Of a DNA stretch of 64,000 bases, positions 1 to 13,303 are shown piece after piece. Both the position numbers and the translations under genes were made by a program. The DNA lies in NCBI GenBank assembly GCA_030295235.1, contig AP026146.1, positions 1 to 64,000 on the forward strand, written 5' to 3'. Numbering within the stretch: position 1 is the first letter of the stretch; each line of letters starts with the position of its first letter. The notes under the pieces were generated by a model. That model ran no database searches, was not told where the DNA came from, and worked only from the letters and a program-made list of their open reading frames with translations. Source of the stretch: Fistulifera solaris. Its lineage: Eukaryota.

Positions 1-258
1 AACCCTAACCCTAACCCTAACCCTAACCCTAACCCTAACCCTAACCCCAACCCCAACCCTAACCCCAACCCCAACCCTAACCCTAACCCTAACCCTAACC
101 CTAACCCTAACCCTAACCCTAACCCTAACCCCAACCCTAACCCCAACCCCAACCCTAACCCCAACCCTAACCCTAACCCTAACCCTAACCCTAACCCTAA
201 CCCTAACCCTAACCCTAACCCTAACCCTAACCCTAACCCTAACCCTAACCCTAACCCT
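1..258 (+). repeat. Telomeric repeat array (CCCTAA)n = TTAGGG type, with scattered CCCCAA variants
   Basis: Continuous hexamer array from base 1; a short degenerate copy (ccccaaccctaac) lies at ~314-326. Confidence 0.99.
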
Positions 259-468
259 CAGGCTGGTTTTCGTAGTTCTAACTTAATTTCTTCCTATAGC
301 TGCGTTTTTTCCACCCCAACCCTAACATTGAAATGAAGGCTTCGACCAACTACTACGGTGCTGTATCGTAAGAAAGACAGAATAGCTTTTTGTTGCATAT
401 ACACGACGATATTACGATGTATTATACATTCATTTTAAAATGGTGAATCGCTACAATCACTCCCTTTT

Positions 469-1887
469 TTATTCTGTACGAATGGAAACGTTTTTGTTTG
501 ACCGCGGCAGCGAAAGTATTTGCAAACAGTGCTCATGATCCATTTTATGGCCCCAGCCACCAGATACTTGTTTCGGTCGAACTGTATGATTCACGCGGAC
601 AGGTCCATACACTGCCGTCGCATGAAACGCCGATAGTGGTGCAGTGGGGTTTCCATCAATATGTGCTCGTGCATACCGTTCTCTAAACCAATGTGGCGTA
701 CTTGACTGCGACTGGGAAAGAGCATGGTGTGCGGTAAACTCTCTTGTAGTGTCAACTGCACCAGAGTCCAATCCCAATTCGATTCGTCCATTGTAATAGC
801 ATTCTGATGCAGCGCGAACAATTGATTGGTAAATGGCGCGATGCATCGTCATGGGACCAGTTTGAAAAGCGTGTGCATAAAATAAATGATCGGGCAAAAA
901 TCGGGTTCTTGGGCAATACCACCATTGGTCGGATCAAGAGCGACACCCAGAAACGGCGTTTCGACCGAGTATTCCGCCATGGCGTTCATCCCCTGTTGAA
1001 TAGTTTCATAGACCGTCGGTGCAACAATATAATCTTCCTCCAGGAACAAGAAAGTGTCGTATTTGTTGAGTGTCTCGCTGTTAAAAGATTCTTGCAGCAA
1101 CCACGTGAAATGATGTTTGCAGCATGTAATTTCCGGTGTACGAGGATTGCCGTATGAATCTCCAAGGTCTGGTGTTGTCACTTTCATAGGAAATTCGCTG
1201 TGATGATCAGCGCACGCGTACGGATGAATCCAAACTTGCAGCATCGGAAATTCCGTTTGTAGGGTGTCCAGGTACTGCAGGACATCTTCAATGTGTCCAT
1301 CCACCGAAACAATGAGCGGAACCGTCTTCCGTGGAAAATCCGACTTCATCAACGAAGCAATTGATTGCTTTAAGTACTCCAACCGATTGTAAGCCATTAT
1401 CACGAACGGTACCGGAATAGAAGACGCCATGTCAAAGGCTTTCGATATTGGCCGTTGTTTGTAAGGTAATGCCGGACGATGTGCCCGTATGAATTTCAGT
1501 TGCTCTTGAATGGCTGTGCCATTTGTGATCGACAATGGTAAAATACTGCTCTTCAGCTTAGATGGTGACTTTTTGATAGCGCTGGTTGAAGTTGAGGTGA
1601 GGTGAATTGTTGCGTTGTTGACGTCGTCGGCGATGCAAGAAACGATGCAGCTGGTGCATTCAATCGAAGCTGTCTCGTCGAAGAGAGAAATGGAGCTGAG
1701 ACCAGATACAATAGAAGTAACGAAAGGCTTCCGAAAACAGAGAGTGAAACGGTCAGAATGCGGCCGTATGTGATTCGTATTCTCTGTTTGCGGACTTGTC
1801 TTCGTCGCAACGTTGGATGGCTGCTACTGTTGTTGCCGTCTCCACTTTGTGCATGAGAGGAGCTGCGCCTCTTCGGGAAATCCATTT
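469..1887 (-). CDS. Golgi type II glycosyltransferase, GnT-II/MGAT2-like, split by frameshifts
   Basis: ORFs 1553-1912 (basic tail + TM anchor), 849-1535 (IMAYNRLEYL, LIVSVDG, KHHFTW, FLEEDY) and C-terminal pieces 591-821/469-897 (NWDWTL, ARHIG-like) read as one protein. Confidence 0.7.
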
Positions 1888-2302
1888 TGATTGTTGAATG
1901 AGTTCTTGTCAAAAGACTATTGGTTTTCGATTATCAAAATGGCATGCGAAATTGATAGATCGGCCGTTTGGCAAAAGAGTTTTTTGTTGTGCGAGTTTTG
2001 TGAGATCGCTCAAAACAACGCGCGGACGTTTGCGAGCGGTTTCACCTGTAGCAAACTAGTACCGTTCTCGAAACTGTGTCTCCGTGTCGCTTAGCGAAGG
2101 AAACTCTTCGTAGTACACTTAATGATAGTCACCTACTCACACGGTACTGAATATTCTCCTCCGTTCCTCCGCGTCGGTTTCGTCACGGAGCAAAAAAATC
2201 AGGAGACCGATCGACTTCAAACTTCACAGCCACTCAAGGAGTTCTTCTTACTTATTTTTTCTTTCCTCTATTCCTCGACAAGAAGCATTCATTGTGCCAA
2301 GT

Positions 2303-4982
2303 ATGAGTGCCGCAGACGATCCCTTGCAGGCCGCGCTGGATGAAGCGGCATCGTTAATGAACGAACTCGAGCAAGATGTCGTCGATGTCTCGTTAATTGA
2401 TGAGAGTGCGGATTTGCATCCGTTGCACGACTATTTCTTGTCGGCGCATCCTTCTCCGCCGACTTTATCAAATAATTCTATGGCAGAAGAAATCACTCCG
2501 GCTTTGGAGTCCTTCTGTGCCATTGAATTCTGGTTTACACATCCCACAACCGGGCTGCCGCAGCAACAACCATTACCGCCTCAGCAAATGCAATTCATTC
2601 CTCAACAGCAGCACTTGCAACCACAACCAGCTTTACAACCGGTACAATATCCGCCTTCTTCTACTCCTTCGACAGCCACCAGTACGGCACAGCGCATCAT
2701 TTCCGCCGATACGTGGAAAATGCAAACGCGTCAATTTGCTAGCAATATTGCGACCATGGCACAACGAGGACTTCAGCAGGTACAAGAGCATTCGAACTTT
2801 CTACCGACTCCTGCTGCGTTGCACGTTTCGTCGCCGTCACATCAGCATCATTCTGCAGCTACCATGATTACTCCTTTATCGCACATGACGAATAGCGGCA
2901 CGAATGGTCATCTCATGAATCAACCCATGCTGATGACGCCCAATCGGGCGATTGCCCCCGAGCCAACACCAGTCAATCCGGAGCAACAGCAGTTACTTCT
3001 ACAAACACACGTAGGAGATTTGATTCAAGGTGAAAAGATCATTCTGTTTGTTTCCAACTTACCACATGTGTCCGATTCGCGAGGTGTCGTGTCGTCTGGT
3101 GTCGCGTGGTGCGGTGTGGTCACCTATTACCGGCTCTTATTATTTCCACTAGCACCGGATGTGTCTCGCTCTACATCATCTGGAGTGCAGAGTTTGCATC
3201 CGGCGTGTGTGTCTGCGTTAACTCCGCCACGGTCGGAATTACTGCAACTGCCTTTAACTTGCATTGAAAAAATTGAAAAATCTACCATGACGGCGCAACA
3301 ACAAATGCTCTTTCTTACCGTCACTTCGAAACTGAGTGGTTACTGGATCCGATTGGCGTGTCCTACGTTTATGGAAACACAAAGGGTGGCCGAATCGTTG
3401 GAAACGTACGCTTTTCCAGGACGACGGAACTTGGGATACCTGTTTGCTTTTGAGTGCCAGCGGGAGGCTGTCATGCAAAGTATCGTTCAAGATGAGCACG
3501 GACAGAAGCGTGTAACATTAGAACCCACACCCAGACGATTCGATGCGGTGGTCGAATATACACGTTTGTTGGGGATCTTCGCCGCATACGGCATGGAAGA
3601 TATGGACGCAATGCAACGCACAATACCAGTTGTGTCCTTCGTATCCCAATGTTGTGGTAGGGCCGTCATCATTGGAGGAATTGGATGTCATGGTACGGCA
3701 GTGTGCGGCATTCCGGAGTGAATATCGGTGGCCGACATTGACTTGGGGGAATGCACGGGATGGTGCTTCGATTTGGCGTTGTGCACAACCTAAAATGGGA
3801 TTGCAAGGAAATCGCAGTTCTGCGGACGAGTACTACTTACAGCAAATAATGGAACAAGCGGGACGGATGAATTAATTAGCACCGTCATCCTTGCAATGGT
3901 CGCGGACGGAATTGCAAGCTTTGACGGGATCGAGTGATCTTTCGAATTGGTATCCCGAGGGACAATTGAAGTTACTGGATTTGCGCCCACGGGCTTCGGC
4001 CATGGCGAATCGGACGGCTGGATATGGTTACGAGAATACATCGTATTATCCTGGAACAACGTTGCAGTTCTGTAATATCGGGAACATCCATGCAGTTCGG
4101 GACGCGTATCAGAAAGTATCGGCAGTAGCTTTGCAAGCATCTGATCTGCAGTGGCAAAGTGCTATTGATGATTCCAAATGGTTGTCGTCCATACGTTTGA
4201 TTTGGGCAGCCGCATGGGAAACTGCCTTTTGGGTTCATGTGCATCGCATGCCGGTCTTATTGCACTGCTCGCACGGTTGGGATCGCACTTCACAGGTGGC
4301 TGCGTTGGCACAATTATTGCTGGATAGTCATTATCGAACTCGAAAAGGATTCGCCACGCTTGTCGAAAAGGATTTTCACGCGTTTGGTCATCCTTTTCAC
4401 ACGAGATGTGCGCACGGCGAAGGCGGGAACGAGCAGTCAGTGGACGAAGGACAAGTGTCACCCATTTTTTTGCAGTTTTTGGATTGCGTTTACCAACTTG
4501 CACGCTTGTATCCCGATGCTTTTGAGTTTACCACGAAGTATTTGTTGGAGCTATCGAATCACATCTATTCGTGTCGATTCGGAACATTTCTGTGTGACAC
4601 GGAGCGAGAGCGAGAAGTTGCAGCCAATTTGCGACAACGGACACAAAGTGTGTGGGACGCTTTAGAAGCGCGTCCCGACCTCTGTAATGACAAGTTCCAG
4701 GACAGCGATGGCGTTTTGTTGATACCACTTCCCTTACTGCTTCGTAGCATAACTCTATGGAACGATCGACACGCGTTGCATGGCCCGAAACCGGTTTTGC
4801 GGACTCTTCCTAACGAACTGGAGCTAGAAATGTGGCGGAGACTTTTAAGCGGCGAAGCAGTGGAAGGACAGAAATCCCAAGAAGAGGACTCGCCGAAGAA
4901 TGTTGATTCAGTGGAGGATGAAAATGGAGGTCCCAGTGATACCGCAATTTTGTCCGCAACTTCATTCACCATCGATGACTAA
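2303..4982 (+). CDS. Myotubularin-family phosphoinositide 3-phosphatase with PH/GRAM-like N-terminal region; frameshifts near 3575 and 3880
   Basis: YQLCPSYP, FRS..R.P, D.RP...A.AN...GYE, NIHAVR, HCSHGWDRT, SPIFLQFLDCVYQL, FGTFL motifs across ORFs 2294-3721, 3543-3875, 3891-4982. Confidence 0.93.
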
Positions 4983-5050
4983 TTGGGTAACGAGAGGTAC
5001 ATGACACACTCTTAACGTCGCACCCATAGGCCGTTATAAATAGTAAATTA

Positions 5051-6279
5051 TCATGGCACGTTCAATGCTTGTTCGCTAGTTCTTGTTCGTCCCGAAACGC
5101 TTGTAAAATATAGCGCCCCGCTGATTGTGTTTCCTCCTGTTGATTTTTTACAAGGATCCATCATCCAATCTTTCACGTAAGAAGAGAAATGTGGTAGAGT
5201 AACAATGTGACTCGAGTCCGGTGCGGCTAGAAAGTAATTCCGAATCCACACAGAGGAACTTCTCGCTATGCGCATGAGTTCAAAGCGCACACGACGATGC
5301 TCACAAATATCCATTCGCATTTTTCCACTTGTTGTGCTATCCGTCAATGATGAAGGACGCTTTTGTTGGTTGAGAATAGGGATCTCTGCAGACAAGGGTG
5401 TCGACAAGCCCAAAAAGTCAGTCAACGCCTGTGACACCAGATCCGGATGATCCTCTAACTCCCTGATTTCATAAAGAAAAAATGGATTGGAGACGACCAT
5501 TGTGGATTGATCGGTAATAGTAGTAGTATTCGGTGGCTCTAGATGAGCGCCTCGATACATGCGTCGTTCGAATTCCGACACAATGTGAGGTTGCTTCGTC
5601 TTTCCTAATTGCCGCAAAAACAAGGCAAACTCTCCCTTGTACGTACAAGTATTTCGCGCAGAAGCCACACAGGCTCCAATCAATTCATCCGGAGGCGGTA
5701 AAGTAGTCCTCAAAAAAGGTGAACGTTGTTGTTGTAGACGAAAATTGTACAAACTTGCAAACCAATGGACGGGATGTCGAACACCGACAATCAACTTGGC
5801 GTGAGGAAAAAACCGATTGAAATATTGTAAAACGTGCGGCAATGTCACGTCTACCGGTGATTTGTAGCCTTTGAGTTTATTGGAAGGTAATTGCGTGAGC
5901 TTTTCGATCAGTTGGTCGGGCTGATGATGCATGAGGTCAAAATTTTCAACAGGTAAAACGGCAATCTCGGGATGCTTTTGTAACCACTTTAAGACAGAAG
6001 TCGTTCCGCATTTTCCGAATCCTATGATAGCGAATTGTAGTAAATCCTCCGTGTGATTGTTAATTGATTTGTTGATGATTTTGTTGTTTTGACGAGAAAG
6101 ATACAAATCATGGGCTGGATAATGTCGTTCATTCGAAACACGATACAGGAAAAGGGAATTGAGAAAGAAGGACGTGAATAACAGACATGCGGTAAAGAGA
6201 CTAAAAGAAACGTCCTAGGAAGACTTTCGGGTCGTCTTCTTATTCTACTTGTTGTTTTGAATCGTTCAGACAACATCAT
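5051..6279 (-). CDS. Sulfotransferase-like type II membrane protein; frameshift near 6100
   Basis: 5'-PSB-like FAIIGFGKCGTTS, KGYKSP and 3'-PB-like KLIVGVRHPVHWFASLYNFR. Confidence 0.75.
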
Positions 6280-6766
6280 TCTTCTTGTTGCGTTGTTGCT
6301 GATCGATCGATGATTTTTGTTGTCGCATTTTTCATCGATTGTATCTCATCTCCATTATACAGGCTATAGTATCTTTCCACCCACATCAAACGCTACAATG
6401 CATTTTCGACTAACCTTATTGATGTACAATGTCCTTCTGCGACTCTTACTTGTTTTCGGCCTTCGGCAAGGTTTCCTCCTTTCCATGCGGCGATCTTCTT
6501 TTGATCGATTTACTGTATGCGACCATCATTGATTTCCCTTTTGTCCGTACGTATTTCATTATTGACGACTGACACAATATTTTACAAGCATTATGATGCA
6601 CTTTCTTGCCATCTTTTTTTGTTCAAATTGAATTAGGCTTCTCCGGAGTTCCGAGGGCGAGAAAAGATATCTTTTGATACGCTTGTAAGCGGATTCTACG
6701 AATGCAAACGCAAGCTTCGTTTTATTCAGTTGCAAATTTCTCTAGTGCTAATACTCAAGTACAATT

Positions 6767-7030
6767 ATGCTTCGCTTTTCGCTGCCGCTGGGAATTCTGG
6801 CGCTCGCTGTCGTCGTTCGTTCCGATGATACCAGTTGTCATGATATGATGTCCCTGGAGGCCTACAAGGAAGCTTTTGCCTTATGGGAGGAGCCCGCGTG
6901 TTATTCCTTCTCCTACATTAATAAGGAGTCTTACAATGGAACAACTGTGCGCACTGTACGAAATGGAACTTCCTTTCAAGATGGCGATGGTAATGGACCG
7001 TTTCAAACTTTGGCGGATGTTTGGGCTATC
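6767..7030 (+). pseudogene. Truncated member of the DUF6174-like secreted repeat family (gene A)
   Basis: Signal peptide plus WEEPACYSFSY..TVRNG..FQTLADVW, then homology to paralogs stops at ~7030. Confidence 0.7.
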
Positions 7031-7587
7031 GCTCGTTACATCAATCGTTGCTGCTGTTGGAGATTATTTTGAGCGACTCCCGGATGGGCTGAATCCCGCG
7101 CAGTATGACGTCACATCTATCTCTAACGACAACGGAGCTAGCAAAGAGTTTCAGCGTGGAGGTAGCGAGTCTACAAAGAAGAAAGCTAGTAAGCAAGTAA
7201 GTGCATTTAGTAGTCAGGTAAGGACTAAACCGGCCACGGTGTAACTTGGGCAGATCTGGTGGCTGGGAAAGCTCGAAAGACAGATTCAGCCGAAGGCAAT
7301 GCCGACTCTGGTTGCCGCATTAATTGCATGAATCCTGTTGACATAAAAAGTAAAGATAGACTGTTTGAGAACAAATTACTGTCTTCCCGATTTCATTTGA
7401 TTTGAACTGGACTGAATAGCATCAGAGGGGTTAAATACCATACGGACGTCGAAGTTCAGGGTGAAATCATAACAGCTGCACCGCATGATACTGGAAGAAT
7501 TGATCATTGACATACTACTATTTTTGTCGCAGCAAACGAAATCGCGCAATTACTTGTACGACTTCATTTTGGCGGGCGGGCTGCCGG

Positions 7588-7851
7588 TATAGTTCGCCAA
7601 ATATCGATATTTCGATTTTTACGAATATCAATATCGTATTATAAGATATAATAACCGATATTAATATCGGCGACCGTCTGTCTTCGCCCGCAAACTACAG
7701 TCATTTTAGCGTAAAATGCCACAAGTCCGTCTGTCAGGCGTACGAGTATCGACAAATATCGATATTGGGAAAAATGGCTCTGATATAATACGTTATTATA
7801 ACGTGAATATCGGTATTCGTTATTTGTTATTTTAGAGCGTGTCGAACTATA
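7588..7851. mobile_element. 264-bp MITE, hAT-like (8-bp TSD)
   Basis: TIRs TATAGTTCGCCA / TGTCGAACTATA; TSD GCTGCCGG at 7580-7587 and 7852-7859; AT-rich interior with repeated ATATCG/CGATAT. Confidence 0.85.
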
Positions 7852-8286
7852 GCTGCCGGGATGCTGCACCTCTCCCTACAAAGTAGAGAACGTTTTCTTC
7901 ATCATGAAGTTGCCGGTACCGGTACTCACAAATGCCTTAGCAAAACTCCTAGATACTTTGTAATTACCCCTTGCGACACCACGACACAACACATTCGTTG
8001 CTATTCTCCGCAATCTTCTCATTCTTTATTAGGTTGATGTTGCAGTTTGCGATGTTTACAAGCAATCAATGTCATGTCCTTACTTTCCGGAACAAGTTAA
8101 AGAGTGCGCCAATCAATTAACCCCTTCGAAACTTTCGACGGAGAGATGAGATCTTTTTGATGTCAATCAAAAGCTTCTCGTTCACAATCGCTGTCCTTTG
8201 ATATTCGCAAAATTTGAACGACAACAATTGTATCGCATCTCGTCTTCTATCATTTGCAGCTTATCAGCTTCTGTTCCATCAAACTG

Positions 8287-9675
8287 ATGTCTTTTCGCGT
8301 CTCCTTTCTACTGGGCGTGCTAGCGATCCCTATCGCTGTTTGGTCCGATGATATCCCTTATGTCGACTTCGAGGAAGCCTATGCTTTGTGGGAAGAGCCT
8401 CCGTGTTATACGCTCTCCCACGTCGTAGGAGCTGATTTTTACAGGGAATCATTTGTGCGCACTGTTTGAAACGGAACATCCCTCCAAGATGAAAATGATA
8501 ATGCGGCCTTTCACACTTTGGCGGACGTTTGGGGCTTGGTGAAAGAAAATTGCCCGAACACAGACTTCTGCTACGTGAAGTATGCCATGAATACACACAT
8601 TGGCCCCGTGTATCCGTATTATTTTGAATTTGCGTCAACTAGCTACTGGATTGGGGATGTTCGAGTAGGTGAATGTCCCGAACTTGCACCAGTTGCTGAC
8701 GATGATTGGGCTTACGACGAGTTAAATCCTTGTATTGGTTGGGAGAAAAATGTTCCGGCCTACGAGGACGCGTTCACCAAGTGGCAAGAACCCGCGTGCT
8801 ATACGTTCACGTACATTGATCCGGTGTTCAATTTCGGTGCGCAGCCACTTGTTGTGCGAACGGTGCGAAACGGAACTGCCTTGTCAGCGTTTGGAGATGA
8901 ACAAGAAGACGGTTATCTTCCATTTTCTACATTCGTTGATGTTTGGGACGAGATCTATGAGTCTTGTGTTCGCGAATGCCCTATCAGCGGGGCATTTCGT
9001 TGCCTGGTCGAATACACGGCTGATAACGAAAACGGCATAGTCTATCCGTCCTTGTTGAGCATAAATTACTTCGAAGATGAGTTTGATGAAGAAGTTAACT
9101 ACACAATAAGCATCTCACCCTGTGGCGATCGAAAGCCAGGAGTATGTGTTGATTACGAACGGATCCAAAATGACTTCTATGCAGCGAGGTACGCGTTGCC
9201 CTATTATGTGTGGGACATGAGCTGCTATACATATATTATACAAGGTACATTTGCCAATGAATTTCGCGGCCCCCTCCAAGTTCAGGTTAAAGATGAAATA
9301 CCACATCTTATTCAAGCGCCAATGACGGATATCGAAGCTGACATGATTGTCACTTTTTCCGACTGGATGGCTGAGATTGAAGAGCACTGTATCAAAGCTT
9401 GTGCGAGCGGCAGCAGCTCTGAAGCATATTACAACTGCACTATCGAATACAGTACGGAGTGGATGCTTCCCACCCGTATTGTCTTTGAAAAGAACAAAGT
9501 TGGCGACAAATACGAATACATTATGTCAAATATCACAATGGATATTTGTGATTCTGAACCCTGGAAACCTCCGCCAAATGAAACACAAAGTAAAATGACC
9601 TCATTGTCGCCTACGGTTGCTTGGGCGTACCCTCAAGCCCTTCTAGTCTTTGCGTCTCTTCTTTCTTATTTCTGA
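8287..9675 (+). CDS. DUF6174-like 3-module acidic secreted protein with hydrophobic C-terminus (gene B); in-frame TGA at 8467
   Basis: Signal peptide; repeats of W..P.CY.FTY..TVRNG..DVW..I...C...C.....C...Y.....YP....I; ORFs 8254-8469 and 8518-9675 share one frame. Confidence 0.75.
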
Positions 9676-10353
9676 ACAGATGTCTTTCGATACGTCCGTA
9701 TTACTTAATTTACGCATGATTCCTATCCTATCCTGGTATCTGCTAATCTATACGTCAAGTGTTGCAATTCAAGTTTTTGCATCGATAACAAAAAAATAAA
9801 TGTCTAATATTTCATTTTTGTCTAACAAACTTCAATACTTTTTTTAGATTATTGTGAAATTGCTCCGACGTTTTTAAACCATTAAACAAGAGACTTCCAA
9901 ATTCAATATCATGCACGATACATCAGCAGGACTTGACTTTCGCGGTAGGCTTTCATAACCGTTTGAAAGCAGTAATTGATGCGCATGCTAATGCTTTGAC
10001 TCGGCCGTCCAATTCAATGCAAGCACTCGACATCCAATACCGACGAATGGCTGAATCAGGCTTCTGTCCATTCAGAATCTAAGGCCATCATCAGTCCCTT
10101 CGATAGCGAGTGAATTGTCCGCCGAAAGTGTACTCAGTCTCGTTCCGCATAGTTCTGCGAAGACTTTTTTTAAAATGAACGGCCAAGAAAGTACACAATC
10201 GCACATCTTGTTGGCTTTACGATTCAGCTTCGTGCCATTCGTTCAATCATTTTGTAGAATACGATCTGTTGCCGTCGATGCCAAGAGTGGGGAATCTGCG
10301 GAGATGATGGCATCGACAACAAATTCACAAGCGTTCTTACAAATTGCCTTAGC

Positions 10354-10713
10354 AGTCACGAAATTCATTGTCTCCCTAGCATCTTTCAAACAGAAAGCCC
10401 TGTTGCTATAAGTAGCACTCAAGGGCGCTAAAATTGAAAGCCCTTCACAACATTTTGTCGAAATGCCGAGTTAAGTCACGAAATTCATTGTCTCCCTAGC
10501 ATCTTTCAAACAGAAAGCCCTGTTGCTATAAGTAGCACTCAAGGGCGCTAAAATTGAAAGCCCTTCACAACATTTTGTCGAAATGCCGAGTTAAGTCACG
10601 AAATTCATTGTCTCCCTAGCATCTTTCAAACAGAAAGCCCTGTTGCTATAAGTAGCACTCAAGGGCGCTAAAATTGAAAGCCCTTCACAACATTTTGTCG
10701 CAATGCCGAGTTA
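10354..10713. repeat. Tandem repeat, 3 x 120 bp, nearly identical
   Basis: Units start AGTCACGAAATTCATTG at 10354, 10474 and 10594; one substitution seen in copy 3. Confidence 0.97.
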
Positions 10714-11335
10714 CTTGATTTTTCTCATCATTGCATGTTCATCATTCTTCAATCGCATGTCGCATCAATCCTTGCCACTCTTAGGATTATGATCTACTAT
10801 CGGCATCATCGTCACAGCAATAACTTGAATGGAAATTACGAAGGACGAATGCATCATCATCATTACTACGTATTTATTGCGAGCAGCGTCTCGCGGGTTG
10901 GCGGGAAGCGCGCACCTCTCCAGAGAACGTTTTCTATATGATATATTCGGTACTCCAAAATGTCTTTGCAGCACTCCTACGTAATTGCCCATCCGACACC
11001 TTCCAACACGACACACGACACGTTCGTTCGTTCGTTCGATCTTCAGTTCTTCGAGTTGATGTTGCAGTTTGAATGTCTACCAGCACAAGTGCCATCACGT
11101 GTCCTTACTCTCTTAACTAAACAGAAGAATCATTCTACTCCGTATTCTTTAACCGCTTTGAATCTTCCAACAGCAAGATGAGATCTTTTTCTGTCAATCA
11201 AAAAGGTTCTCGTTCATCGGCAAGTAAAAAAAATCGTTTGACCAGCAGCCAACTTGACAAGCTGCCAAGGTGAGGACGCAGCAACCTACCTTTCGATCAT
11301 ATGAATTACTTTCATGGCGCAAGATGGTTTGTTTC

Positions 11336-12769
11336 ATGTCACTTGTTCGGATGCTTGCTTTTACTGTCGTGGCGGTGACGCAAGCGCAAAATGAAAATCC
11401 AGCGAAAGCCATTTTCTGTGCCGAATGGGAGCTGAATGCCAAGGCCTTTAAAGAAGCGAGTGCTGCATGGAAGGAACCTCCGTGTTATTCATTCATGTAT
11501 AAAGACTTGTCGGCATATTCGGACAGTATCCCTTACGTAACGACTGTACTGAATGGGGAGACGGAAGGAGAAGAGGAGTGCCCACTCATTAGGACACTTC
11601 AGGATGTTTGGGATTTAATTCGAATTTGTTGCTATTTCGAAGAAGATTGCCCGTTCGAATATGGTAGTAGCTGCAGAGTTGAATATGCACCAAGTAACGA
11701 CACCGGCCTCGTGTACCCGGCATTCTTCAATATTTCGGAATATGATATATACCGGATTGATAATGTTAACACGGTGAACTGCTCTGTGCGAGAACCGATG
11801 GTCTGTATGGATTGGGAAATAAATGTTCCGGCCTATGAAGAAGCGATTGCCAAGTGGAGAGAACCTGCTTGCTACAGCTTCACATACGTTGATCAGATGT
11901 ACACGAGTTATCTGTCGACGCCACAATTTGAATTTGTGCAAACGGTGCGAAACGGAACTGTCTTGTCAGCGTATGGAGACGAATCGATGGGCTGGTTCCT
12001 GCCGTTTGCAACTTTTGCTGATATCTGGAATGAGATCGATGAGTATTGTGTACGCGATTGTCCTACAAGTGGAGCTCTTGCGTGTCAAATCCATTACGCT
12101 ACAGATGCCGAGAGTGGTATCATGTATCCGTCCTTGTGGAGCATCAACTACTCGAGAGAACCCGGTGACGAGATTAGCTACGCGATGAGCGTAATGCCCT
12201 GTGTCGATCGAAAAGCAGGAGTCTGCGTTGATTTTGAACGAGTCCACAATGACTTTTTTTGCAACGAGCTACTTCTGGAACACTTATCTCGGGGGAGAAA
12301 TTCCTTCTTGCTACACGTATATCATTCGAGGTACGGTGGATGGAGCAACCCACGACCCCTTTCCAGTTTTTGTTCAGGATGGAGTACCGACAACAGTAGA
12401 CGCGCCAATGACGGATATCGAAGCTGACATGGTTGTCACATTTGCGGATTGGCTGGCTGAGATTGAAAAGCATTGTATCAGAGCTTGTGCAAACAACAGT
12501 GCTTCGGAAGCCTATTACAGCTGCAAGGTATTATATGATCATGAATGGAACCTTCCATCTTACATTCTTTCGACAAGGATGGAGCGGGTGACCAGTATGA
12601 ATACGAGATATTAAACATCACTATGTATGTCTGTGATGCTGAATCCTGGAAATATCCGGCAAGCGAAACGCCGTCGATATTTCCGACAAATACCACATCA
12701 TCGGGTGCGGGTGCATCGGTGTACATTGGAGCCATTCTTGTCTTTGCGTCGCTTTATTCTGTTTCTTGA
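11336..12769 (+). CDS. DUF6174-like 3-module secreted protein with GPI-like tail (gene C); frameshifts near 12255 and 12570
   Basis: Close paralog of gene B (shared APMTDIEADM.VTF.DW.AEIE.HCI.AC); ends SSGAGASVYIGAILVFASLYSVS. Confidence 0.78.
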
Positions 12770-13303
12770 AACGGAGAGCGGTATTGCCAAATTCATCTGT
12801 TTGTTACTTCGATTTCTTTTTTTACAAATTATTACCTGACTATTCATTCATGTATTGTCTTATAGATTAATTTCAATTTGGTGACCTCTTTCATCTCTAG
12901 CACCTTAGCTACAAGCCGGAAAGTTGAGAGCGACGAGCTACACTAGAGAGTAGTCTCGCCGGTGTCTTCACTATCCGTGAGCCGTGAGTCGTGAGTCATT
13001 ACCGGTATGGTAAGTGCGAAACGAGTAAGGATGGGAAAACGTGGTGGTGCTCGGACATACCAGGTTTCTTGCGTTTATCATTGCAAAAAGTCTCTTTCGA
13101 AAACTTCGCACGCAACAAACGACCGAGCATAAGGATCGGCTTCTCATCGATCGTGTGAAAGGGAAGCGCTGATTTGATCGACAGCAACAAGTAGATAATA
13201 AGAACAACATCATTTCATTTGATTGCCCGTATTTATCAGAAAGTCGACGTTCATTGAAGCCTCGTCTAGTCTATCGCTTCTCAGCAGCCGACAATCCTCT
13301 ACA

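Noticed and set aside
10354..10713. Possible CRISPR array
   Set aside because: Head-to-tail identical units with no unique spacers; eukaryotic context; no cas genes
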